A DNA stretch of 19,938 nucleotides from a virus (Duplodnaviria > Heunggongvirae > Uroviricota > Caudoviricetes), in the IMG/VR virus record IMGVR_UViG_2711768019_000002. The stretch is one strand, 5' to 3'. The notes below the pieces were generated by a model. That model ran no database searches. It saw nothing but the letters and a program-made list of their open reading frames with translations, and had not been told where the DNA came from. Position numbers and translations under genes: made by a program. Positions 9,087 to 19,938 of this stretch are shown piece by piece. Position 1 is the first letter of the stretch, and each line of letters begins with the position of its first letter.

Positions 9087-9827
9087 TTAACTGGCGGTGA
9101 CGTTGATTTCTGCAACCGCAGCAAACTCACCATTACCAGATACGACCGGAATGTTGACCTTGCCTGCAGCAACACCTTTCACGGTGATGGTCATACCACT
9201 GACCGACACGGTGGCTTTTGTTTTATCCGCAGACACCGCACGGAAGCTCTTGTCGGTTGCGCCATCCGGCTGGAATGCCACGGTCAGCGTGGTGCTCTGC
9301 CCTTTCACTACGGAAGCACTGGCGGGTGTCACCGTCATGCCGGTCGTCGCCGTCACCGTGCTGCGATCTTCTGCCATCGACGGACGTCCCACATTGGTGA
9401 CCTTCACCGTGCGGGTAATCACCTCCTTCGCCGTCACCGCCTTACCGATACTGCTGACCCAGCCACGGAACACATCGACCGTGCCGTTCGGGAAGCGGAT
9501 TTTATAGGCACGGGTATCACCTTCATTAAACCACGCCAGCAGCGCCTGCTGCCCCTGCTCTCCGGGCATCCACGCCAGCGTGAAGCTGGTATCTCCGGCA
9601 GATTTCTGCCCCTGCCCGGTCGCAGTCCAGTCTGCATCTTCATCATCGAGATAGCTGTCGTCATAGGACTCAGCGGTCAGTTCGCCGGGCGTCAGGTCTT
9701 TAACTTTTGCCAGACGCGACCAGTCAACGTCTGAAAGCGGGTTCGCATAAGGGTCACCGCTCCCCTTATAAACCCACAGGGTGGTCCCGGCACCTTTCAC
9801 CGGCATTGTAGGATTTGGTACAGGCAT
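9087..9827 (-). CDS. V: Major tail tube protein V (C-terminal Ig-like domain)
   Basis: ORF track gives 256 aa from an upstream ATG. The lambda-type start [27 protein letters not shown] is 10 codons in, giving 246 aa as in lambda gpV. Confidence 0.93.
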   Translation of the reverse strand: MPVPNPTMPVKGAGTTLWVYKGSGDPYANPLSDVDWSRLAKVKDLTPGELTAESYDDSYLDDEDADWTATGQGQKSAGDTSFTLAWMPGEQGQQALLAWFNEGDTRAYKIRFPNGTVDVFRGWVSSIGKAVTAKEVITRTVKVTNVGRPSMAEDRSTVTATTGMTVTPASASVVKGQSTTLTVAFQPDGATDKSFRAVSADKTKATVSVSGMTITVKGVAAGKVNIPVVSGNGEFAAVAEINVTAS

Positions 9828-9834
9828 AGCGTCC

Positions 9835-10230
9835 TCACATTTCATAGATAATGACATAAGTCAGATCGGCTGAACTCCACAGGCCCGCATCATCGTCGCG
9901 CCGGTAGTCATAGCCGCTGGCCACCATACTGGTGATCAAATCTGACAGTGCCGGGATATCGCTCATCACAGGATAAATCCGGGACTCCATCCACGAATCC
10001 AGCTCTGAATCCGGCACCTGAGCAGGCAGGAAAACTTCAATATGCAGCTCCGCCTGCCAGGTATCGCTGTCCAGCTCTTCGCCCGTGTATTCAGCGCCGG
10101 TGAGATAAACGGCAATTGCCGGAAAATCTTCCTCATCAAAAACAGCGGGGCGACCATCAAAAAGCGTCGCCCCGGTGTCATGCTTCTCCAGTGCATCCAG
10201 TACGGCTGCACGGAGTTCAGTATGTTTCAT
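9835..10230 (-). CDS. U: Tail terminator protein U
   Basis: 131-aa [36 protein letters not shown]..., lambda gpU length. 4-nt overlap with Z. Confidence 0.92.
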   Translation of the reverse strand: MKHTELRAAVLDALEKHDTGATLFDGRPAVFDEEDFPAIAVYLTGAEYTGEELDSDTWQAELHIEVFLPAQVPDSELDSWMESRIYPVMSDIPALSDLITSMVASGYDYRRDDDAGLWSSADLTYVIIYEM

Positions 10231-10805
10231 CGCTTTATTACCATTCTCAGTTGATGCTGCAGCGCATAGCCCAGCTCTTTCGGAAGACGTTCACGCCGTA
10301 TCCGTTCAATATTCTGTTTAAACGCCGTGGTCAGCGGCACCGCCATCGGGATTTTCACCACATCAATGGGGTAACGGTTTTTCCCGGCCACACGCTGCAT
10401 AACATGCCACCGGCCGTTTTTCAGTTGCTGAATAAACGCGCCGGGAATACGACGGTTACCCACCACAAGCACGCTGCCGCCACCTTTCAGGGATGAACGC
10501 TGCCCCTTTTTATGACGCCTGCGGCGGGACAGGACAACCCGCGCATTACCCAGCTTGATTACGGGCAAATCCCCCCGGTTAACTTTGATTCTGGCCTGCG
10601 GATTTTTGACCGTGGCCCTTTTCAGCCTGGCCCTTTCCTTTACCAGTTTCCGGCGTACCTTTGTCTCACGGGCAACCTGTGACGCAGACTGCGATATCGC
10701 GGATGAAGCAACGCGGTTAATGGCCATTGCGGCGGCACCGGGCACCGCCGTTTTGCTGATACGGCTGAGGTTTTCAACGGCCTGCTCAAGACCTTTTATG
10801 GCCAT
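10227..10805 (-). CDS. Z: Tail completion protein Z
   Basis: 192-aa ORF MAIKGLEQAVENLSRISKTAVPGAAAMAINRV..., lambda gpZ length. Confidence 0.92.
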   Translation of the reverse strand: MAIKGLEQAVENLSRISKTAVPGAAAMAINRVASSAISQSASQVARETKVRRKLVKERARLKRATVKNPQARIKVNRGDLPVIKLGNARVVLSRRRRHKKGQRSSLKGGGSVLVVGNRRIPGAFIQQLKNGRWHVMQRVAGKNRYPIDVVKIPMAVPLTTAFKQNIERIRRERLPKELGYALQHQLRMVIKR

Positions 10806-10816
10806 ACATCCCCCTT

Positions 10817-11170
10817 TCAGCGGCGACGGTTAACGGCAGGCGGTACGCCCCGTCCAAGCCAGAGATGACAACTTCCGCCATCATCCGGCGAAACCCGATC
10901 TACCCAGAAATTTTCCTCACCGATGGTCAGCGTGTCTCCACGCCGCAGCTGCCGCACCTCATCAGTCCGGACAAACAGGGACGGGCTGGAGCCTTCAACG
11001 CGCACGCCCTGTCCGGCATAGCTGATATTTTCAGGGTCATCAAAAACACCACGTATCACCGCACCTGACTGCTCACCGGATGTCATGGTGGCTGACGTTC
11101 CCATGTACCCGCGTATCGTTTCATCGGCGCGGGCAATGGCAGCATCGAACAGGTTATCGAAATCAGCCAC
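10817..11170 (-). CDS. FII: Head-tail joining protein FII
   Basis: 117-aa ORF MADFDNLFDAAIARADETIRGYMG..., lambda gpFII length. Confidence 0.92.
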   Translation of the reverse strand: MADFDNLFDAAIARADETIRGYMGTSATMTSGEQSGAVIRGVFDDPENISYAGQGVRVEGSSPSLFVRTDEVRQLRRGDTLTIGEENFWVDRVSPDDGGSCHLWLGRGVPPAVNRRR

Positions 11171-11181
11171 AGCGCCTCCCG

Positions 11182-11580
11182 TTATTGCATTCTGGCCAGG
11201 CCGCGCTCTGTCATTTCGGCTGCCACACCGGCAGAGACACGAAACGCCGTTCCCGGCAGCACAAATGCCACAGGTTTATCCCGCGTGGCGTGAAGTGCAT
11301 CAGTATGCAGCGTCACCAGTGCCACGACCGTGACCAGTTCAGCCGTATCCTGAATCACGGTATCCGGCTGCGCTGATACCACCTCATTTTCATGCCCGGT
11401 CAGCACATTTTCCCGGCTGAGAGGGGTGTCCTGACCGGCAGTTTCATCCGTGTCATCAAGCTCTTCTTCCAGCTCTGCCACACGAAGCGCCAGTTCTTCT
11501 TTCGTTCCCGTCAAACTGACATCGCGGTTCAATTGCTCACCCAGCTCCTGAAGACGGGCAATCAGTTCATCTTTCGTCAT
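11182..11580 (-). CDS. FI: DNA packaging accessory protein FI
   Basis: ORF track gives 145 aa. The lambda-type start MTKDELIARLQELGEQLNRDVSL is at 11580 (132 aa), with GGAGGAG 4 nt upstream. Confidence 0.9.
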   Translation of the reverse strand: MTKDELIARLQELGEQLNRDVSLTGTKEELALRVAELEEELDDTDETAGQDTPLSRENVLTGHENEVVSAQPDTVIQDTAELVTVVALVTLHTDALHATRDKPVAFVLPGTAFRVSAGVAAEMTERGLARMQ

Positions 11581-11601
11581 GAACTCCTCCACAGAGAGAA
11601 A

Positions 11602-11619
11602 ATGGCCCCGAAGGGCCAT
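11602..11619 (-). other. Stable hairpin with UUCG tetraloop immediately 3' of the E stop codon (possible mRNA stabiliser or processing site)
   Basis: Transcript reads AUGGCCC-UUCG-GGGCCAU, a perfect 7-bp stem. It lies between the E stop (11622-11624) and the FI Shine-Dalgarno. No U-tract follows. Confidence 0.4.
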
Positions 11620-11621
11620 GA

Positions 11622-12647
11622 TTACGCCAGTTGAACGGACACGAACTCATCAGGATCAGCCAGCAGCATCAGCGGTGCTGACTGAATCATGGTGAACTCA
11701 CGCGCCGGATCGCCGGTGGTCACCCAGTTTTTCGGGTAACGGGCAGAAGCGTTAATGCCTTCGCGCTGTGCGTCCGCATCCTGAATGCAGCCATAGGTGC
11801 GCAGACCGCGAGCCTGAGTGTTCCCCAGCACCATCGTGTTGTCCGGCAGGAAGTTCTTTTTGACGCCGTTTTCCACGTACTGTCCGGAATACACGACGAT
11901 GGCCACATCGCCATACATTCCCTTATAGGACACCGCTTTGCCCAGGTCTTTTACCGCTGTCTCCAGCTCGGAATGAGAGCCGCGACGGGTATCCAGCTTC
12001 TCCTTGACGGCTTTGAAGGAACGGAACAGCGCCCAGCCTTTCGGGTCAAACACGATGATATTCACCACACCGCTGGCGTTCAGCGCGTAGGCTTCGATAT
12101 CGTCGGTCGGGTCATACGTGGACTTGTCACGCTTGCTCCACTCCGTGACGCCGGACTGTGTGATGTTGTTCGCCGCACTGCGGCCCATATCCACCTCAAC
12201 CGGATCGAAGGCTTCACCGGTCATGGTGTATTTGCCCTTGAGCACGGCAGAAACTGCCTGCATCTCTTCGACCTGAGCAATGGCCAGCTCTTCGTCACGC
12301 ATGTTCTGCATGATGATGCGACGGCGGCGGTAAGCCGGGTCCGCCAGATTCTGCGGATCTTCATCCGGCAGGCGACGCAGGGTCATCTGCGGATTCACCT
12401 CATGCTTGGGTTTGACATATCCCGGCGTAAATTCAGAGGTGGAGCCGCCACGGGAACGGATAACCTCACCGGAAACAATCGGCGAAACGTACAGCGCCAT
12501 GTTTACCAGTCCCGGAATTTGTGAGAGATAGACTTTCTCCGTAGTGAAGGGATAGCTCTCACGGAAAAAGAGACGCAGAAACAGCGGATCAAACTTAAAT
12601 TTCTGCTCATTTGCCGCCAGCAGCTGGGCGGTTGTGTACATCGACAT
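11622..12647 (-). CDS. E: Major capsid protein E (HK97-fold)
   Basis: ORF track gives 350 aa. The lambda-type start MSMYTTAQLLAANEQKFKFDPLFLRLFF is at 12647, giving 341 aa as in lambda gpE. Confidence 0.95.
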   Translation of the reverse strand: MSMYTTAQLLAANEQKFKFDPLFLRLFFRESYPFTTEKVYLSQIPGLVNMALYVSPIVSGEVIRSRGGSTSEFTPGYVKPKHEVNPQMTLRRLPDEDPQNLADPAYRRRRIIMQNMRDEELAIAQVEEMQAVSAVLKGKYTMTGEAFDPVEVDMGRSAANNITQSGVTEWSKRDKSTYDPTDDIEAYALNASGVVNIIVFDPKGWALFRSFKAVKEKLDTRRGSHSELETAVKDLGKAVSYKGMYGDVAIVVYSGQYVENGVKKNFLPDNTMVLGNTQARGLRTYGCIQDADAQREGINASARYPKNWVTTGDPAREFTMIQSAPLMLLADPDEFVSVQLA

Positions 12648-12660
12648 AAAAAAATCCCGT

Positions 12661-12685
12661 AAAAAAAGCCACACAGGCGGCCTTT
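12661..12685 (-). terminator. Intrinsic-terminator-like hairpin plus U-tract in the D-E spacer (likely partial attenuator)
   Basis: Transcript reads AAAGGCCGCCUGUGUGGCUUUUUUU. GC-rich stem (one G-U pair), then a 7-U run, 20 nt downstream of the D stop and ahead of the E start. Confidence 0.35.
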
Positions 12686-12702
12686 AGTGATGAAGGGTAA
12701 AG

Positions 12703-13035
12703 TTAAACGATGCTGATTGCCGTTCCGGCAAACACGGTCCGTTTTTTCGTCTCGTCGCTGGCAGCCTCCGGCCAGAGCACATCCTCATAACGGAACGTGC
12801 CGGACTTGTAGAACGTCAGTGTGGTGCTGGTCTGGTCAGCAGCAACCGCAAGAATGCCAACGGCAGCACCGTCGGTGGTGCCATCCCACGCAACCAGCTT
12901 ACGGGTGGAGGTGTCCAGCATCAGCGGGGTCATTGCAGGCGCTTTCGCACTCAATCCGCCGGGCGCGGTTGCGGTATGAGCCGGGTCACTATTGCCCAGC
13001 GGCTGGTAATGGGTAAAGGTTTCTTTGCTCGTCAT
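12703..13035 (-). CDS. D: Capsid decoration protein D
   Basis: Start [12 protein letters not shown]... at the third Met of the listed ORF gives 110 aa as in lambda gpD. AAGGGA Shine-Dalgarno upstream. Confidence 0.95.
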   Translation of the reverse strand: MTSKETFTHYQPLGNSDPAHTATAPGGLSAKAPAMTPLMLDTSTRKLVAWDGTTDGAAVGILAVAADQTSTTLTFYKSGTFRYEDVLWPEAASDETKKRTVFAGTAISIV

Positions 13036-13044
13036 AAACATCCC

Positions 13045-13650
13045 TTACACTGGTGTGTTCAGCAAATCGTTAACGGCATCAGATGCCGGGTTACCTGCAG
13101 CCAGCGGTGCCGGTGCCCCCTGCATCAGACGATCCAGCGCAGTGTCACTGCGCGTCTGTGCACTCTGTGGTGCTGCGGCCAGAATACGGCGGGCCGTTTC
13201 CACGGTCATACCGGGGGTTTCGGCCAGCACGCGTGCCTGTTCTTCGCGTCCGTGAGCCTCCTCACAGTTGAGGATCCCCATAATGCGACTGTTTTCTGCC
13301 GCAACCGCTGCGGTGATCTGCGCGTTCACGTCCGGCTGCGCCGCGCTGGCGTTCTCGCCCTCCGTCGCTTGCACCACGCCAGTAACGTCAGCCTGCGAAG
13401 CAGTGGCTGAAACAGTTGTTGATTGAGTCTCTTTGGTCATTCGCCCTCCTGAGAGACGGGATTTACGTGCATCCAGTGCATCACGCATGACGGTGATCGC
13501 ATCGGTACTGTTAACAAGTTCATCAGCCAGTCCGGCATCAATGGCCTCCTGACCGCTGTACACTGCAGCCTCGGTATCCAGCACAGCCTGCACGGACAGG
13601 CCGGTATATGCCGACACCTTCTGTGCAAACATCCGGCGGGTTGCATCCAT
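13045..13650 (-). CDS. Nu3: Capsid scaffolding protein Nu3, nested in-frame in the 3' part of C
   Basis: Internal in-frame ATG (C residue M239, MDATRRMFAQKVSAYTGL...) gives 201 aa, the lambda Nu3 arrangement. Assigned by colinearity only. Confidence 0.65.
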   Translation of the reverse strand: MDATRRMFAQKVSAYTGLSVQAVLDTEAAVYSGQEAIDAGLADELVNSTDAITVMRDALDARKSRLSGGRMTKETQSTTVSATASQADVTGVVQATEGENASAAQPDVNAQITAAVAAENSRIMGILNCEEAHGREEQARVLAETPGMTVETARRILAAAPQSAQTRSDTALDRLMQGAPAPLAAGNPASDAVNDLLNTPV

Positions 13651-14344
13651 CCGGGACTGCAATGTTTCCCGGACATCATCCGGTAGATGGCTGTAGGGGT
13701 TGCCATCCACCTTATGGCTGCCGCTGTAAATCAGCGTGATTTCCACGCCCTGTTTCTCCAGTGCAGCGCCGTAATTACTGTGAGCCATCATGACGCCGAT
13801 GGAGCCTGTCCGGGCGGTCTGCGTGACCAGACGCCGGGAGGCGGCACTGGCAAGCAGCTGACCTGCGCTGCAGTTCATGTCATTGGCCAGCGCCCATACC
13901 GGCTTTATGTCACGCACACGGGCGATGATGTCAGCGCAGTCAAATGCTCCCGCCACCATTCCGCCCGGTGTGTCCATATCGAGCAGAATGCCGTCCACCA
14001 TCGGGTCGCTGGCAGCCTGTTGCAGACGGGCGATAATGCCGTTGTAACCGGTCATCCCCGAGTACGGCTGCAGCGCCCGCGTCCGGCTGACCAGCGTGCC
14101 GGACACCGGCAGCACGGCGATGCCGTTCATTACCTGATAACTGCGGGCCTGTCGTGGTCCGTCATCATCACCGGATAACGCCAGCGCCGCGGGTGCCTCT
14201 CCGGCAGTCAGGCTGTCGCCGGATACTGCATCCGTCAGGCAGCTGATCCCAAGCTGGCCTGCAAGCGCACAAAAGAAAACCCGCGCATAGGCGGGTTCAA
14301 GCATCAGCGGCTCATTAAAAGCCATGCTGGCAATATGCGGGAGA

Positions 14345-14364
<20 letters not shown>
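13045..14364 (-). CDS. C: Head maturation protease / scaffold C (peptidase S49 family), GTG start
   Basis: GTG at 14362-14364 begins VTAELRNLPHIASMAFNEPLMLEPAYARVFF..., 439 aa as in lambda gpC. Start lies inside the 3' end of B. Confidence 0.9.
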
Positions 14365-18045
<3,681 letters not shown>

Positions 18046-18071
<26 letters not shown>

Positions 18072-18591
18072 TCAGCAACCCCGGTATCAGTTCATCCAGC
18101 GCGGCTGCTTTGTTCATGGCTTTGATGATATCCCGTTTCAGGAAATCAACATGTCGGTTTTCCAGTTCCGGAAAACGCCGCTGCACCGACAGGGGGATCC
18201 CGTCGAGAATACTGGCAATTTCACCTGCGATCCGCGACAGCACGAAAGTACAGAATGCGGTTTCCACCACTTCAGCGGAGTCTCTGGCATTTTTCAGCTC
18301 CTGTGCGTCGGCCTGCGCACGCGTAAGTCGATGGCGTTCGTACTCAATAGTCCCTGGCTGGAGATCTGTCTCGCTGGCCTGCCGCAGTTCTTCAACTTCC
18401 CGGCGCAGCTTTTCGTTCTCAATTTCAGCATCCCTTTCGGCATACCATCTTATAACGGCGGCAGAGTCATAAAGCACCTCATTACCCTTGCCACCGCCTC
18501 GCAGAACGGGCATTCCCTGTTCCTGCCAGTTCTGAATGGTACGGATACTCGCACCGAAAATGTCAGCCAGCTGCTTTTTGTTGACTTCCAT
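18046..18591 (-). CDS. Nu1: Terminase small subunit Nu1
   Basis: 181-aa ORF MEVNKKQLADIFGASIRTIQNWQEQGMPVLRGGGKGNEVLYD..., lambda gpNu1 length, with N-terminal HTH region. Confidence 0.97.
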
Positions 18592-18599
18592 TGTTCATT

Positions 18600-18830
18600 C
18601 CACGGACAAAAACAGAGAAAGGAAACGACAGAGGCCAAAAAGCCCGTTTTCAGCACCTGTCGTTTCCTTTCTTTTCAGGGGGTGTTTTAAATAAAAACAT
18701 TAGGTTACGGCGAAGAAGAACGGAAACGCCTTAAACCGGAAAATTGTCATAAATAGCGAAAACCCGCGCGCCTTCCGCCCCGTAACCTGTCGGATCGCCG
18801 GAAAGGACCCGCAAAATGATAATAATTATC
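18600..18830 (-). other. cos packaging site: cosB (Nu1-binding repeats R1 ~18612-18633, R2 ~18653-18678, R3 ~18711-18730, with an AT-rich IHF-type segment between R2 and R3), cosN core 18769-18780, cosQ-side flank to ~18830
   Basis: Inverted and direct copies of the GAAAGGAAACGACAG-type element. The flanks GCGAAAACCCGCG and CGTAACCTGTCGGATCGCCGGAAA match the lambda cos junction from memory. The 12-nt core here is CGCCTTCCGCCC on the plus strand. Confidence 0.8.
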
Positions 18831-18979
18831 ATCTACATGTCACAACGTGCATCTACGCCATCAAACCACGTCAAATAATCAATTATGACGCAGGTATCGT
18901 ATTAATTGATCTGCATCAACTTAACGTAAAAACAACTTCAGACAATACAAATCAGCGACACTGAATACAGGGCAACCTC

Positions 18980-19213
18980 ATGTCAACGAAGAACAGAACC
19001 CGCAGAACAACAACCCGCAACATCCGCTTTCCTAACCAAATGATTGAACAAATTAACATCGCTCTTGTTCAAAAAGGGTCCGGGAATTTCTCAGCCTGGG
19101 TCATTGAAGCCTGCCGCCGGAGACTGTGCTCAGAAAAAAGAGTTTCGCCTGAAGCAAACAAAGAAAAGAGTGACATTACTGAATTGCTCAGAAAACAGGT
19201 TAGACCAGATTGA
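18980..19213 (+). CDS. Small basic DNA-binding-like protein, probable ribbon-helix-helix fold; resembles YnfO/YlcI-family (DUF3950) proteins of E. coli lambdoid prophages
   Basis: 77-aa ORF MSTKNRTRRTTTRNIRFPNQMIEQINIALVQKGSGNFSAWVIEACRRRL... Basic N-terminus, then a predicted beta-strand and two helices. Family assignment is from memory, not a search. Confidence 0.55.
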   Translation: MSTKNRTRRTTTRNIRFPNQMIEQINIALVQKGSGNFSAWVIEACRRRLCSEKRVSPEANKEKSDITELLRKQVRPD

Positions 19214-19270
19214 AGCAATTTAGATAATCGTGCAGACTACGCCCCCTCATATCACATGGAAGGTACTACA

Positions 19271-19681
19271 ATGGCTCAGGTTGCCATTTTTAAACAAATA
19301 TTCGATAAAGTGCGAAATAATTTAAACTATCACTGGTTTTATTCTGAACTAAAACGTCACAATGTCTCACATTACATTTACTATTTAGCCACAGAGAATA
19401 TTCATCTTGTTCTTGAAAACGATAATACGGTTTTAATAAAAGGACAGGGTAAGGTTGTAAATGTAAGATTTTCAAAAAATAAATGCCTTATAGAAGCCAC
19501 CTTAAAAGGATTCAAATCAGGAGAGTTATCATTTTACGAATACAGGAAAAATCTTGCTACAGCAGGGGTTTTCAGATGGATTACAAATATCCACGAAAAC
19601 AAAAGGTATTACTATACCTTTGATAATTCATTACTCTTTACTGAGAACATACAGAACACTACACAAATATTTCCGCACTAA
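19271..19681 (+). CDS. Hypothetical protein resembling the YdfO/YbcV family (DUF1398) found next to cos in E. coli lambdoid prophages
   Basis: ORF 19256-19681. The ATG at 19271 ([45 protein letters not shown]...) has GGAAGG ~9 nt upstream. Family assignment is from memory. Confidence 0.55.
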   Translation: MAQVAIFKQIFDKVRNNLNYHWFYSELKRHNVSHYIYYLATENIHLVLENDNTVLIKGQGKVVNVRFSKNKCLIEATLKGFKSGELSFYEYRKNLATAGVFRWITNIHENKRYYYTFDNSLLFTENIQNTTQIFPH

Positions 19682-19726
19682 ATCATAACGTCCGGTTTCT
19701 TCCGTGCCAGAACCGGACTCGCTGGC

Positions 19727-19936
19727 ATGATGAAATATGTGTACCCGGTAACCCCGGTGTGCATCGTTTTTGATTATTCCCGCACACTCGCGCAGAAGGA
19801 GTTCCCCGTCGGGCTACGGTCTCTGTTAATACGGGAATACGGCGACGATTGGATTTGCCCCTATATTTCCAGACATCTGTTATCACTTAACCCATTACAA
19901 GCCCGCTGCCGCAGATATTCCCGTGGCGAGCGATAA
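19727..19936 (+). CDS. Unassigned small ORF (69 aa); doubtful
   Basis: MMKYVYPVTPVCIVFDYSRTLAQKEFPVGLRSLLIREYGDDWICPYISRHLL... No recognisable motif and no clear SD. Overlaps an Arg-rich minus-strand ORF. Confidence 0.2.
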   Translation: MMKYVYPVTPVCIVFDYSRTLAQKEFPVGLRSLLIREYGDDWICPYISRHLLSLNPLQARCRRYSRGER

Positions 19937-19938
19937 CC

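Noticed and set aside
13687-14178. 163-aa plus-strand ORF
   Set aside because: Antisense to C/Nu3; the sense-strand gene is strongly supported.
18600-18680. Inverted repeat GAAAGGAAACGACAG / CTGTCGTTTCCTTTC, considered as a possible transposon end or CRISPR-like repeat
   Set aside because: These are the R1/R2 Nu1-binding elements of cosB in their expected positions relative to Nu1 and cosN. There are no spacers and no further repeat copies.
19683-19886. 67-aa minus-strand Arg-rich ORF
   Set aside because: Highly basic, low-complexity composition, no RBS, and it overlaps another weak ORF. Most likely non-coding.

Overview
The window is almost entirely the late morphogenetic (head and tail) module of a lambda-like siphovirus or prophage, with every structural gene on the minus strand. 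Reading the minus strand from high to low coordinates: cos (cosQ, cosN, cosB), Nu1, A, W, B, C/Nu3, D, E, FI, FII, Z, U, V, G/G-T, H, M, L, K, I and J. J runs off the window at coordinate 1 and is interrupted by a 331-nt N-run. Gene order, protein lengths and overlaps are colinear with phage lambda (lengths and sequences compared from memory; no search was run). Intergenic spacers are tight, so I see no inserted moron, defence or anti-defence cassette among the structural genes. Beyond cos (18.9-19.7 kb) two small plus-strand accessory genes face the other way. I did not find a novel multi-gene system. The points worth a second look are: (1) the K reading frame extends 48 codons upstream of the canonical start and that extension completes a JAB/MPN metalloprotease domain; (2) the right half of cosN differs from lambda at 5 of 6 positions while the flanks are conserved; (3) the C-terminal part of J is strongly diverged from lambda, suggesting different receptor specificity; (4) the N-run masks J codons 144-254 exactly in frame. 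No tRNA, rRNA, CRISPR array, integrase or IS element was seen.
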